The position numbers and the translations under genes were made by a program. DNA of 63,796 bases, counting the filler, from Octopus bimaculoides (taxonomy: Eukaryota): assembly GCF_001194135.2 (NCBI RefSeq). It is 5 parts of 4 records of this genome, joined end to end, with 100 filler letters (N's around TTAATTAATTAA, not from the genome) between each part and the next. Parts side by side here need not be neighbours in the genome. Positions count along the whole stretch, not along the records: positions 1 to 30,242 come from NC_068992.1; 4 more parts are not named here. One strand, written 5' to 3'. The notes below the pieces were generated by a model, which saw only the letters and a program-made list of their open reading frames with translations, was not told where the DNA came from and did no database searches. Of the stretch, positions 12,950-28,050 are shown piece by piece (within the stretch, counting starts at the first letter, position 1; each line of letters opens with the position of its first letter).

Positions 12950-15451
12950 TTATCTCTATATATATACATATATAAAATATATGTGTATATGTATGTATGT
13001 GTGTATGCATGTGTGTGTATGTATGTGAGTATATATGTTTGTATGTGTGTGTGCATGCGTGTAAGTATGTGAGTGTGTGCGTGCGTATGTGTAAGTGCAT
13101 TTTTTTAGATCTCTCATCAGACAGCCTTGGCAATATGATTCGCTTTTATGTAAGTAACAACTCGGTGGAAATTTTGTTTTGGGGAAATAAATTCACAGTG
13201 ACTGTGATAAAATATAGACCTGCCTGCTACCAATGACAAATAAAGCCAATGTCTTGAAGACTTTTTCTTAAAATACCGTGTGTAATAAATATTTATTTTA
13301 TCAACTCAAGAGGAAAATATTTAAATAACCTCTGCAAGATTTAACTCCTGAACAAACTTGTATTACTAGAAAATTTGTCAGTTACAACATGATGCTATCC
13401 ACGAATAATATCTTACCCATCCCGACTGGTACCCAGTTACGTTTTTATGTATCTATCTTTTGCAACATTTTTACAAGTGGAAGATTTCAGTGCTGGAAGA
13501 CATTATTTTCGAACGAATCGTACTATCTGCCATTAGAAAATGAATAGAAAGATTTAGATTTTGAGTGAGCTACTAAAAATGTACATGTCGAATATATTCC
13601 CGGAGGAATAAAGTTATATATATTTAAACAATTCAGGATATTGTACCTTACAAACTCACAAAACGTTCCCATTTCTTTAAAACAAATGCCCTGTAGCGCT
13701 ATTCTGATTTTTTTCCACAGGGTCTATCAACTTCGAAATTAAAACCTGTTACTAAATCTAGCTATGATATTGATCCCGGAGCTTCAATGCAAAATAGATT
13801 TGTCATGCTTCATTCTCTGTTATTTACATTTATTTTTATTGTGCACTGTAGTTATTCAAGCACAAATTATCTTAAGAATTGAAGTTCAATTGCCTTAACT
13901 CTATCATTTCCTGTCTATTAAATTTGATTTATTGTTTGTATATTAATTATAGTTATTTTCTTTAAATGTAGCAAATTGCTGATACAATTGCTGGCACATT
14001 TATGAAAAGATTAGGTTTGTCATTATTGCCTAATTTAAGCTGGCAGTCCATTTTGACTATGCCTGTTGATATGGTAGCACGTCCTGTACATTGCTAAATC
14101 TTACACCTGAAAGATTTTTTGCAGCAATATCTGTAATAAAATAATTCCAGAAGCAACATTAGTGCTGGAATGAATACTACTACACTCACGATATATAATT
14201 TAGTCTTTGTATCTTTCATGAAGTATCCACTTCAGTTTCGCAACTCTTACTGCAAAAAACAAACCATTTTATCCATCACATTCTCATAACGAAAATTCCA
14301 CCGTAACGTATTATGAACTTTGTATGAAGATAAGACGACAGCATTAAACATATATTGGTAGTAAGGCAAAAATATATTTTCTGACACGAGTTTTAAAATT
14401 ACGACTTGTTTCAGCCAAATTTCAGAGGCCAACACTGGACCGCCACACGCAAAATACATCAACTGCTTGCACAAGCTTTCTACTAGAGCCACAACAAAAG
14501 ATTGCTACAACAAGCAAGTTGCTACTTTAGTCATTATTCCATTTCTGTAAACGCAAATATTTTATTGCAGTAAAAAGTAAAAAATAAATGAATAAATAAT
14601 CAACAGCTGTAAATGCATCACCTCAACGAAAATATTAAATATTTGCCGACCTTTTATAAAGATGTCATGCAGAATATGTCAAACGTACATGGTTCTGTTT
14701 AGTTTTATTGATTGGTTACCGACTCAAACTGGCAGGCGAATGGTGTATTGTTTAGGCTGTTGGACTCACGATCGTAAATTGATAGATTCAACTTTCGGAC
14801 AGGCGATCAGTTGTGTTCTTGGCTAAGATTTTTACAATGAATTAGTCCAATTGTCTGAAGGCTAAGAGAGATACTGAATGATCACAATCCTGATATATAA
14901 CCTACACCAACTTTACTGATCTTGGACGAATGAGAGAAAAAACAACAAAAGTGGGATTTGAAAACCTTACAACTACAGAACGCTATTGGCCATTTATTAT
15001 AAGAAACATAGTTATGTATTCTAATTAACAGCGGAAGAATGAAATAATTACTATTCTTCTTTAAACCCATATCGTAAACTAACATTATGTAAGCAAAGTA
15101 AATCACAACTTGATTGTGTAACTCAGTGTATAACAAGCACCAATTCTATGTTATGTTACATATTTTTAAAATGTTATACTGATTTCGTATATATATATGT
15201 ATATATATATATATATNNNNNNNNNNNNNNNNNNNNNNNNNNNNNNNNNNNNNNNATATATATAATTAATATTATCAAGGGCAATGAGAAATATTAGAAA
15301 TTTCTACTACCAGTCGCCTAGCGTGTAAAATCTGGTCAATAAACTGGTATATAATTTTAATATAAATACAGTGTGCACATAAGAGGCATCCGTGATTCCC
15401 TTCGAAGAAAGCTTTGTAAAAGTGCGAATAACTATTGAGTCACTCTTGTGT

Positions 15452-15488
<37 letters not shown>

Positions 15489-16794
15489 ATCTATATATGT
15501 ATGTATATATCTATGTACCTATGTATGTGTGATTGTGTGTGCGCGCGTACGTGTGTGTCTATACTAAAACAGAGAAATATAGAACGAGAGTAATGATTTG
15601 TTTTCTCCATAGTTTTGAGTTTGTTTGCAACGAGCAGGTTTTATACAATTCTATGACAATCATATTTCAAAATTTGTATCAATATAACAATAGATCTATA
15701 TAACAATTTCTCGCGCGTACGCATTGACTAGAATGTTCTAAAAAAAGTCAGAAATTGTTAAGCAATCATTTACACTGTGCGTTTACTTCGAATCAGTAAT
15801 TTTCTAAAATATTATCAATAAAATCAACTTAAACTTTGACTCCCCTGTCTGCAGTACAATTCTGATATCATATGCCAAGTGCAGAATGCCATTTGTATTT
15901 CTTAAGGACCTTTAAGTAACCAACAAAGAGCTTTACCTCTCCAGGCATATATTTCGATATCACTATAGATTCTCCTACACCAATATTGTCCAGTTTATTG
16001 CATTTTTTCTGCTTCATTGTATCAATTTCTTGAGGATTAAGTAATCGATCGAGTAGCAATTTACCGGCATTACGAAGGAAATTGTCTTGTCAAAACTGAT
16101 GGCAGCTGCTTGAATCCGAAAATCCCCTGAGAAAATTCTCATGTTCACATAATCCAATATATGTATTGAGATAGTTGAGGAATATTTTACCTATCAATGT
16201 TATCTATACATTTGTTTATTCATCATATTGTGTAATGAAGCAGAGTCTATTGTAGAGTTTAATTGGTTTCAAGCATACGATATAATATCTGTTAGCGATC
16301 AGCAGTTAATGCCTTCCTCATTTATATAATGTCTCTTTAAATATTATATACACAACGCATGAAACTCCACAGATATCTTGATATTCTATGAACTTAATAA
16401 TGCGTACAAAGCAGCCAAAATTATCCTTACCGGGGATATACATTAACACATTCATATATATATATATATATATATATATTTGTGTGTGTGTGTATATATA
16501 TATATTTATATATATAAATTTAGTAAGAAGGGTAGAAATTGATATTAATCAATTAAAACCAGTGGTCTAGCATATTAAAAAAATCCGAAGATTAAAATTA
16601 TATTACATACAAAAATAAGACGAATGACTTGTCGAATAATAATAATAATAATAAAATTTTAACCCATATAGGTAAACATACAAATAAATAGAGTATCCGA
16701 ATACCACTTGCTAGTAAGAGGAGCTAACAGTCTAAAACCACAAATATTTCCCTATTAATAAATATGCACGGTGAATGAAACGCGTATGATAAAA

Positions 16795-17090
16795 TATTCT
16801 TATTTCTTTACTGCCCAGAAGGGGGTACACACAGAGTTAACAAATAAGGACAGACAAAGGGATTTGACAAGGGTGGCTCTTTGACATACAAGTACAACAG
16901 AAACAGGAAGAAAGAGTAAGAGAAAGTTGTGTTGAAAGAATACAGCAGGGTTCACGACCCCTGAAGGAGCCTCGTGGAGCTTTAGGTGCTTTCGCTCAGT
17001 AAACACTCGCAATGCCCGGTCTGGGAATAGAAACCGCGACACCACGACTGCGAGTCCGCTGCCCTAATCACTGAACCATGGTGCCTCCAC
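16795..17090 (-). mobile_element. tRNA-derived SINE, family B (head GGCACCATGGTTCAGTGATTAGGGCAGCGGACTCGCAGTCG)
   Basis: tRNA-like head with degenerate A and B boxes on the minus strand. The 3' tail TCCCTTTGTCTGTCCTT...AAAGAAATAAGAA is shared with the family A copy at ~58925. Confidence 0.75.
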
Positions 17091-17169
17091 GATGGATATA
17101 GTAATGGAAGTATACATACATGTGTGTATATTTTTATGTGTGTGTGTATACATTTATGCGAGTGAATGA

Positions 17170-17221
<52 letters not shown>

Positions 17222-20200
17222 GTGCTTGTGTATGAATTTAATATATAAATACATACAAACATGCATACCTACATACATAAAGACATACATACACACACAT
17301 GGTGACAGTGTGAGCACACAGGCAAAACTCCTGTATACACTTATATGTATGTGCCTATGTGGTGCTTAAATACATTGACATACGTATATGAACACATAAT
17401 AAATAGAAGTATAGATCCATTCACATGTATGCATATACACTTCTATGTGTATATATGAACATGTGTATGCACATATATATCTTTATGAGGTGCAATCATC
17501 TTGCCCCAAAATCTTTACCTGTATTGTGGTGTACTCATTTAACGGGAGAGAAGAACCACGTGGTTCCTATCACTCGTATCTCTTTCAATTAGTGAATCTG
17601 TAAAATATTGGAAGCATAAAACAAGGAGGAACTCGGTATATATTAAGGAAATATTAATATTGCTACGTGTCATGAAATGTTTCATTTATTAGAATCAGGT
17701 TTACAGAAAAGAAGCTGGTAACTGTAAGTGTAATTTACACCTTTGCATGAATTCAGTCTATTTCTCTGTTTTTGATATATTTCTCATCTAATTCATATCT
17801 TTGTGTTTCTCACTTATAATGACATAATAGGGAGAGAAATATATTTATCATTGCTTCATAAATTGTTGATTTTTCAGCCATTACCATACTGTTTATACAT
17901 TTCTTTACTGATGAATCTTTATCGTTAATAGATGGTTCCTATGGCATCTAAGCAAACACGATAGGAAGACGATAATGGAATAAACTTCACAATGAATTTA
18001 CAACCGTCAAAACCGATCTAATAGCTTCCATTATCCAATTCCTGTTTACAAGTGTTCCGTTAATGTGGTTCTGAACAAGAGCTTGAGCATCCAGCATTTG
18101 CCTGGTTTGATTACATGTCACTCCATATATACGCTAAAATAACATTTTGAAGTATTAAGTACTGCATTTTAATGAAACACGCTAGCTTTAGTCTACTATA
18201 CTGTAACAGATCTGAATCACTGACTTGACAAACACAAGCTGGAAATTATGGAAGCTTTCACAGTTTCATTGTAGGCTAAAGGCCATTTATCTTTTGTTCT
18301 TCCACTCTTTTGCCAGCAAAATCTACCTTGTGGTTTCAGAATTCAATAGATAAACTAATTAACTGGTGTAGGTGGTGAAAATTGTGGATGAGATTAATAT
18401 CTTTATATAGGCCAATGGTCTTTTGTTCCTTACAATTTACATTAAACGTAAGAGAAACTAAATTTTATAGCTATAGTACATCCAGTTCACCCATCTAAGA
18501 GAGTATTAAGGTGATCGACATGATATTGCTAAACGTTAACTTTCTTGTGGGGGTGGAAACGATCAATTGAACAGCAGGTAATTCTATGTTAGACGAAATT
18601 ACAAAAGCCAAGCATTAACACCGAAGTTTGTTAAAATTGTTTAGAGATTTACTATTTAAAGGTTCCATTTCCTCTCCCTTAAAATGTAGAGACCTTTGTC
18701 AACCCAGAACTAATCTATACCTTCTTGCGAGGAGCGTGTTTTGGGCCGTGTTAATCCTTACACGTGGTTTCTACTACCTACGTTCACTTTCGTTTTGAAA
18801 TTATTTTATTCTACTTACGATAATCTCTTTGGCCATTGTTCACACGAAAAATAACAAAACAAAACAAAAGTGTCTCGAACTAATTAGTGTTGTACTCTGT
18901 ACATGAAATATTTAGTTTGCACACACAGTAAATAAAAACTCATCAAAATGATGTAATCGCTGTCAAATTATTCTATTAAATTAAACCAGAATAATGGAGA
19001 TGATTTTCTTCTGGAATCCGGTAAAATCGTTTAATTTTGATCAAACTGGTACACTGGTCATTGCAAGTATACAGCACTCATCGCTGGAGAATAATTATTT
19101 TTCGGATAGCAGAACTCAACATCTCTAATCCTGATCTTTAACGTACTTTGCGGGATGCCGTTTAGAGATACACATCCTCCAGGTATTTGTTCACTGAAAA
19201 TAGCTTTTCCGAAGAAAGAAATATCAGTATTCTAAGCCAATGAAACTCTTGACAAATCTAACACGAAACCTGTTGATACAGATGTTGTGAATGTCCAGTA
19301 TAAACGTCCAACAAAGTGCTAACACAATACCATATTAGTAAAGCGACAAAATCCGCAATAAACTCGAGAAATATAATGCCAAACAATGGAATAAATTAGA
19401 AGCCTTGAAAATGTTAAGAAATCTAAGGTTTCGAGCAAAGTTTTTCACCAGAGATAAATACAAAGTCAACGAAGTTGAAGTAATTACAGAAGGAGACATA
19501 AAAGTCAGAAGTTAGTTGGTTACCGAGTACCGTTTCGAATCAGTCACCTGAGATCCTGCTTTTTTAACTATTGGTATCAAATAAAAGACGAGACATGATT
19601 ACATAAATAGAGACTAGTAATAGAAATGAAACTCTACCATCTTTGAACAGAAATAGAAATTTTAAACGAGTAGTAGTGTCGAGATGTACAATAAGAAAAA
19701 TAAACAGTGTAGCAGACGATTGCTATTTTGGTTGTATCGTGAATTTGAATGGTAAATGTTTTCGACAGTTTCACATTTTCAAAACATTGCAGCAGATAGG
19801 AAATAATTTTCCGGAAGAATGAGAGGATGTTAAAGAAACGATAAAAGAGAAAGCAGTCCGATTTTGCCAGGCTTAACATCCTTTCACATCAATGTTCATT
19901 GTTCATTACGTCAGATCGTGAGAGCAGGTTAAAAGTTTAATCTTAGAATAAAACATATTTAGCTTGAACTTAGAATGTCAGTTTAAGGGGTCTGCTAGAA
20001 CTTCCGTGACTGTTAAGAGTAAAGAAAGGAAAAAAATTCTATATCCATGAAATCCAAATTGTAAAATACGAAAGTTGCTAAGATGAATATCAACATGGTA
20101 CCTTTCCTTTTCCAATGTACTCTTTCCATTAACGGAAACAAATCTGTCGACCACAATTTGGATATTTGCATCGGCAGTAAAAGGAAAAAAGTATCGTAGT

Positions 20201-20967
20201 GTAACTTGAAGACAGTAAATAACATGCTGGCAGCAGGAAGAAATGAATGTAAAATCTTGACTGTCAAGAATTACGAAAGGAAAAGTGTTTGCAAAGTAAC
20301 TTTTATTAGTTTAGTAAAATTGTTCAGATTAGTTTTGGTGTAAAAGGGTTGCAAACAGAATTTGGAGAGTTGTTGAAGTTACAAAGATATTTGAGCTACG
20401 ACTTGTCGAATGCCGTTGCTGGCTGACAGTTCACAAATCAATCATATATAACTGTAGCAATGTAATTAAATCTCTCACTCTGTATGCATGAAAAATAACT
20501 GTGTATGTGTGTGTGAGGAGCGGGTAGGCATATATGTGCGTGTGTGTGTTTGTGCATGTGTATGTATGTATACATGTGTTTGTATCTGTATGTGTATGTG
20601 TGACTCTGTGTGCGTGTATAAAAAGTCGCTGTCCACTGGTAAATGAGTTGAGTCTTCAAACATAAAAGTCATGAGTTTGATTTCTGCGCCTGTCAGCATG
20701 TTCTGTACTTAAGTAACGCAATCAATTTTGCAGTGCCCCAAATATTCAGCTAAAAGCGAATATTGGACTAGTACTTGTCCATCATTCTCATCATCTCACC
20801 ATCTCATCCCGGATACTGCACTGCGGCAAAGTATGAGACTGCTGGCAGAATATCTGCCTCTACTCGGAACTATATACGTTCTTAAAACAACGAAGAAGAG
20901 CCTCCTACATACAATCAACTCATAGCATAGGAGTGATGTCTCATATATCCGCGCGCGCACACACACA

Positions 20968-22208
20968 CATGAGGGGTGTTCATTAAAGATTTCTCCTGAC
21001 CACTTCTGGTTATTGCAGGAAACGGGACTTATACATGAATAATCATACATGTTTCTACGTGTCACATTATAAATTACAGCTTTCCACTTGTATCCGTTTG
21101 TCTTTTACGGCTGCTGAAGTGGACTAAGGTGTTATAATGAGGGCAGTTGAATGCAGCTCAATGATCAGGTTCTTATACTTGAAAGGCCGAACACCAAAAG
21201 AGACTTTTGATGAGATGAAAGAAGTTTATGGTGACGATGAACCATCATACGACGTATCAAGCACTGGCATCGCCAGTTCAAATGTGGTTAGACATCGGTG
21301 GAAACAGCTCCTATTCCTGGACGACCGCATTCTGCCATTGATGAAGACATCATCCATAAAGTGGAAGCCACCATTTCGGGGATCGCCGCATAGTTATTCG
21401 GAAGCTACCCGAAGGAGTGAGGATTAAGTGTAGGGTCCGTGGAAAAAAATCATTCACGACATTTGTACATGCGAAAGTTGTCCCCGGATGCTCACACCTT
21501 TTTAGAAGCAAAAACGAGTCAATTGCTCCCAGGCTCTTATGGCAATATGCTAAGAAAATGCGGAGGACTTTTTCGGCAGACTTATCGCACAGGATGGAAC
21601 ATGGATCTATCACTAGGATCCTGAGACTAAAGTCTAGTCGAAGCAAAAGAGGCTTGATAACTCACCACCTCCAAAGAAGGCTCGTGTCCAAACCTCAGCA
21701 GGTAAAGTGATACTCACAGTCTTTTGGGACCAGCGTGGAGTAGTGATGATGGATTTTCTGGAAAAGGGCACCACAATATTATGCTTTGCTGCTGCAGAAA
21801 TTGCGGGACGTCATCAAAGCAGAGCGGCGTTACCTGCTGACCAAAGGAGTCTGCCTCCTCTAAGACAATGTCCCAGTTCACAATGCGCATGTTGTCCAGA
21901 TTAAATCCTTCCTTATCCCTCTTGATCTCCCATCCTCGCACCATCTGACTTCCATCTCTTTCCAACTATGAAGTCTTTTTTGAAGGGAAAGCAGTTTTTG
22001 GATGATGATGAACTTATTTCCGACGAAAAGTCTTGGCTCAAGATGCAACCTACCCACTTCCACAAACGATGTCTTCATGGCTGCGTAAAGCGATGGGAGA
22101 AGTGTGTCACCATTGGTGGTGGCTATGTAGAGAAGGACTAATAATTATGCCAAGTTTCGTTTCTCCCATTCCGCGGGAGGTTGGTCAAGGGAAATCATTA
22201 ATGAACAA

Positions 22209-22216
<8 letters not shown>
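20968..22216 (+). mobile_element. Mariner (DD34D-type) DNA transposon, full length (~1.25 kb), pseudogenised transposase
   Basis: TIRs CATGAGGGGTGTTCATTAAAGATTTCTCCTGACCA and the reverse complement of the right end, CACGAGGGTTGTTCATTAATGATTTCCCTTGACCA. HTH MIRFLYLKGRTPKETFDEMKEVYGDD from 21137. Catalytic remnants AQDGTWIYH, L*DNVPVH, LAPSDFHLFP and ILTVFWDQRGVVMMDFLEKGTTI. Many stops and frameshifts. Confidence 0.95.
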
Positions 22217-22244
<28 letters not shown>

Positions 22245-22947
22245 CGTGTATATCTATCTATCTATCAATCTCTATATATATANNNNNNNNNNNNNNNNNN
22301 NNNNNNNNNNNNNNNNNNNNNNNNNNNNNNNNNNNNNNNNNNNNNNNNNNNNNNNNNNNNNNNNNNNNNNNNNNNNNNNNNNNNNNNNNNNNNNNNNNNN
22401 NNNNNNNNNNNNNNNNNNNNNNNNNNNNNNNNNNNNNNNNNNNNNNNNNNNNNNNNNNNNNNNNNNNNNNNNNNNNNNNNNNNNNNNNNNNNNNNNNNNN
22501 NNNNNNNNNNNNNNNNNNNNNNNNNNNNNNNNNNNNNNNNNNNNNNNNNNNNNNNNNNNNNNNNNNNNNNNNNNNNNNNNNNNNNNNNNNNNNNNNNNNN
22601 NNNNNNNNNNNNNNNNNNNNNNNNNNNNNNNNNNNNNNNNNNNNNNNNNNNNNNNNNNNNNNNNNNNNNNNNNNNNNNNNNNNNNNNNNNNNNNNNNNNN
22701 NNNNNNNNNNNNNNNNNNNNNNNNNNNNNNNNNNNNNNNNNNNNNNNNNNNNNNNNNNNNNNNNNNNNNNNNNNNNNNNNNNNNNNNNNNNNNNNNNNNN
22801 NNNNNNNNNNNNNNNNNNNNNNNNNNNNNNNNNNNNNNNNNNNNNNNNNNNNNNNNNNNNNNNNNNNNNNNNNNGATTCCTTTGATTAAAAATTCAGGGC
22901 AGTGCCCCAGCATGGTCGCAGTTAAATGATTGAATCTAGTAAAAAAT

Positions 22948-22984
<37 letters not shown>

Positions 22985-23002
22985 GTTATTTTTTACTAGT
23001 TT

Positions 23003-23036
<34 letters not shown>

Positions 23037-23399
23037 GTGTGTGTGTGCGTACGTGCATGTGAGTGTGTGTGCAGGTGTGCGCGTGTCTGTGCTTTAATGT
23101 AGGGATATTCACTCTCCTCATGCATATATCCATCGATACACGCAAATTTGCCCATGTAAGCATCTGCTTACATTAAACATTAACCCCGTGGCACACAAAA
23201 ACAAATATACATAAAAAAAAACGCATATACATAAGCACTGAAACATTTCATCACAGGAAGATACACTGGCTATATGCAGCCGCACTCTTCTTACGTAATA
23301 CCAAGATCTTGTTTATGCTGTAGTTCGTTCCTCAATATAGCATCCACTGTTACAATTGTCTCTGTCTCTTCTTCAACACTCACTCACATGCACACACAT

Positions 23400-23516
<117 letters not shown>

Positions 23517-23539
23517 ATGTGTGTGCGTATTTGTATAAA

Positions 23540-23619
<80 letters not shown>

Positions 23620-25017
23620 CGTAAGTGACTCTGTGTGTGTGTGTGTGTATGTCTGTGTCTGTGTGCATACGTATGTTCACATACATATTGATGAACATCG
23701 ATCTCTCCACATGGTCATAAATATAGGCACACGCAACCCATGAACAATCGTCTATAGTCATAAATACAAACATACATACGCAGAGACATACGGATATACA
23801 ATACATACACACCCATGAACTGTCTCAGGTACACCTGCATACAAATAACTCCGAACACACACTCACGGAGCCACGCGCACAAACAAACACAAACACACAC
23901 ATGAACACACACGAACACACACATACACACGCACTTGTATACTTCACCACAAACATCAGACTCTTTCACTAACACAGACATGCGTATGCACATACATACA
24001 CACCAAAACACCCACGCCTAAACACAAACAACCGCACATAGAATCCAATACATGGGAAAAAAAAAAAACAGTTAAAAAAAACCGTAGCACCAACAAATGA
24101 ATTCAATTAGAAATTTTCCCTCTTTGCCAGGTAGCATCTGATATTTGGTAAAATAATTAGTTTTCTTAGTGTTCCGGGCTTTTGGAATTTGTCCAGAAAA
24201 CAGGAGAAGAAGAAGGTTAGGGAGTCAGGCAATGTCTTTCGTACATACACACACGCGCGCGCACACATACACAGGCAAGAACACACAGACACACGCAAGC
24301 GCGCGCACACACATAGTGTGATACAGAACGAAACGTGTAAAGATATTTCTATACAAACATCAGGACATGTGCGTCAGTGTTCTGTGTTCTATGTGTGTGA
24401 GTGTATCTCTGTATAGGTGTATGTGTGCGTATATATATATATATATATATATATATATNNNNNNNNNNNNNNNNNNNNNNNNNNNNNNNNNNNNNNNNNN
24501 NNNNNNNNNNNNNNNNNNNNNNNNNNNNNNNNNNNNNNNNNNNNNNNNNNNNNNNNNNNNNNNNNNNNNNNNNNNNNNNNNNNNNNNNNNNNNNNNNNNN
24601 NNNNNNNNNNNNNNNNNNNNNNNNNNNNNNNNNNNNNNNNNNNNNNNNNNNNNNNNNNNNNNNNNNNNNNNNNNNNNNNNNNNNNNNNNNNNNNNNNNNN
24701 NNNNNNNNNNNNNNNNNNNNNNNNNNNNNNNNNNNNNNNNNNNNNNNNNNNNNNNNNNNNNNNNNNNNNNNNNNNNNNNNNNNNNNNNNNNNNNNNNNNN
24801 NNNNNNNNNNNNNNNNNNNNNNNNNNNNNNNNNNNNNNNNNNNNNNNNNNNNNNNNNNNNNNNNNNNNNNNNNNNNNNNNNNNNNNNNNNNNNNNNNNAT
24901 ATATACATATACATATATATGTATATATACACACTCACATATATACATGTATATATATACACACACGTTACATATATATCTGCATGTATATATATGTATA
25001 TATATATATACATACAT

Positions 25018-25081
<64 letters not shown>

Positions 25082-25837
25082 CTGTATCTATGCATGTATA
25101 CATGCATGTATGTATGAAAGTGTGTGTGTGTGTTCATGTATGTGAAAACAAATTACTGTTATTACATTATTAAAAACAAGGTGAGGTCCTCGTTGATGTT
25201 TGTGTTGTCATTACCGCTGTTACACGTGTTGTTCACAGGACATGGACTCTCTCTAATAGTCGCAGCAGTAGAAGCAGAAGCGGCGGCATCGACGCCAGAT
25301 GCAGCAGCATTAGTGTTAGTAGTAGGGGTGGATGTTGTAGTGGTTTTTGGTGTTGTTGCTGTTCTTGTCATTGTGTTGTTGCACATCGCCTTTTTTAAGC
25401 ATAACAATCACGTATAAACACGCATACACACGTACAAAATACAATCGTGTACACCTATGTGTATGTGTGTGTGTGTGTGTGTGTGCATGCGCGTACGTCT
25501 GCGTATAAGCTTGCCTAACCGTGCGAGTGCGTGTGTGGCTGTGTGAGTGTTTGTGGCTGTGCGTTTGTGCGTGAGATTTGTCCTATGACTATGTTTCTAT
25601 GCGTATTATACGTGTTTTTCTGGATAATTATGTGCAGTGTTGCGCATACGAACACAGGTGTATGTATATAAGTGTGAGCGTGTAAGTATATGCGCGTGCG
25701 CGCACGTGTGTTCTGTGTGCAAATATTTATGTAATTTCTGTAAAGATATGTGTAGAACTTTATCGTAATGTGTGCGGAAAAATATTTTTAAATAATCTTG
25801 CGGTTAACTTTGTATATACATATACATATATAAATAC

Positions 25838-25882
<45 letters not shown>

Positions 25883-26529
25883 NNNNNNNNNNNNNNNNNN
25901 NNNNNNNNNNNNNNNNNNNNNNNNNNNNNNNNNNNNNNNNNNNNNNNNNNNNNNNNNNNNNNNNNNNNNNNNNNNNNNNNNNNNNNNNNNNNNNNNNNNN
26001 NNNNNNNNNNNNNNNNNNNNNNNNNNNNNNNNNNNNNNNNNNNNNNNNNNNNNNNNNNNNNNNNNNNNNNNNNNNNNNNNNNNNNNNNNNNNNNNNNNNN
26101 NNNNNNNNNNNNNNNNNNNNNNNNNNNNNNNNNNNNNNNNNNNNNNNNNNNNNNNNNNNNNNNNNNNNNNNNNNNNNNNNNNNNNNNNNNNNNNNNNNNN
26201 NNNNNNNNNNNNNNNNNNNNNNNNNNNNNNNNNNNNNNNNNNNNNNNNNNNNNNNNNNNNNNNNNNNNNNNNNNNNNNNNNNNNNNNNNNNNNNNNNNNN
26301 NNNNNNNNNNNNNNNNNNNNNNNNNNNNNNNNNNNNNNNNNNNNNNNNNNNNNNNNNNNNNNNNNNNNNNNNNNNNNNNNNNNNNNNNNNNNNNNNNNNN
26401 NNNNNNNNNNNNNNNNNNNNNNNNNNNNNNNNNNNNNNNNNNNNNNNNNNNNNNNNNNNNNNNNNNNNNNNNNNNNNNNNNNNNNNNNNNNNNNNNNNNN
26501 NNNNNNNNNNNNNNNNNNNNNNNNNNNNN

Positions 26530-26617
<88 letters not shown>

Positions 26618-27639
26618 TGCACACAAAAATATGTATATATTTACATAAATATATGTGTGTATATGTGCATGTATATATACATACATTTATTTATGAAGAC
26701 ATATACATGTATATATATGCTTATATTTACGTATATATATATATGTATATATATATATATTGCATATATATATATGTGTGTGCGTCTGTGTGTGTATATA
26801 TATGTATGTCTGTATATATACTCACATTCACCTACGGATACCATACACAGTTATATATACATGGTATTCGTGGTTTCTCTTCGCAATTAGATTTGTTTCG
26901 TTGTTAACCAATAGGAAAAAAAACGTTTTAAAAATGTTATTCTTGTTGCTGATGTGATTATTATTCGTTTAAATGTCCTTGTATTTATACTTTATGTTAA
27001 TTATATCGTCATACATTCATAACACGAGCGTGAGTAATCGCTATGATACAATAATACATATATAAACGTCTTTACCTATATGGTTATATGCGTGTCCCTA
27101 TTTAGATGTTGTAATTATTAGAACCTGTGAGTGATATGTAATATTCGAATATCTATTTGTTATAATAAAGTAAATCACTTATATATTTGTGTATTCTTGA
27201 CTTAAAAAATTAAATGTGAACGTATATGTGTGTGCGTTTGCGTGTGGTATGTATGTACGTATGTATGTATGTACGTATGTACGTATGTGTGTATGTATAT
27301 GCATATATATATATATATANNNNNNNNNNNNNNNNNNNNNNNNNNNNNNNNNNNNNNNNNNNNNNNNNNNNNNNNNNNNNNNNNNNNNNNNNNNNNNNNN
27401 NNNNNNNNNNNNNNNNNNNNNNNNNNNNNNNNNNNNNNNNNNNNNNNNNNNNNNNNNNNNNNNNNNNNNNNNNNNNNNNNNNNNNNNNNNNNNNNNNNNN
27501 NNNNNNNNNNNNNNNNNNNNNNNNNNNNNNNNNNNNNNNNNNNNNNNTATATATATGTATGTATACATACATATAAGCATGTGCATGTATAAGAATATGC
27601 TTATACATATATAAACATTCATGCAAACACATTTACGAG

Positions 27640-27640
<1 letters not shown>

Positions 27641-27690
<50 letters not shown>

Positions 27691-28050
27691 TTATGTGTCT
27701 GTCTCTATATCTATTTGTCTATCTAAGCATTTATCGCTCTGTCAAATCTATCAATCAACTTATACTATTCTCCAAGCTATCCGTCCATCCATCCATCCAT
27801 CCATCCATCGATCCATCCATCCACCCACCCATCCATCGATCCATCCATCAATCCACACATCGATCGATCGATCGATCCATCCATCCATCCATTAATCCAT
27901 CCATGTTTATGTCTGTCTGTATATCTCTGTATCTATCTGTCTATCTGTTTGTCTGTATCTCTGCCTTTCTACCTGTATGTCTGTCTATCTGACCGTCTGC
28001 CCTCTGTCCGTTTGTCTGCCGCCTATCTGCTTGCCTGTCTGTCTGCCTGT
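27641..28050. repeat. Compound (TATC)n/(CATC)n/(CTGT)n array
   Basis: Direct sequence. Confidence 0.9.

Noticed and set aside
13105-13125. CTGATGA hammerhead-like cores at ~13113 (minus), ~5026, ~9972 and ~17908
   Set aside because: None has a complementary stem II followed by GAAA, or a stem III with NUH.
19058-19515. Two divergent 57-codon open frames (19058-19231 minus, 19342-19515 plus), plus ORF 15868-16059
   Set aside because: No recognisable motifs, no in-frame N-terminal Met for the two 57-codon frames, and no convincing splice framework; within chance expectation.
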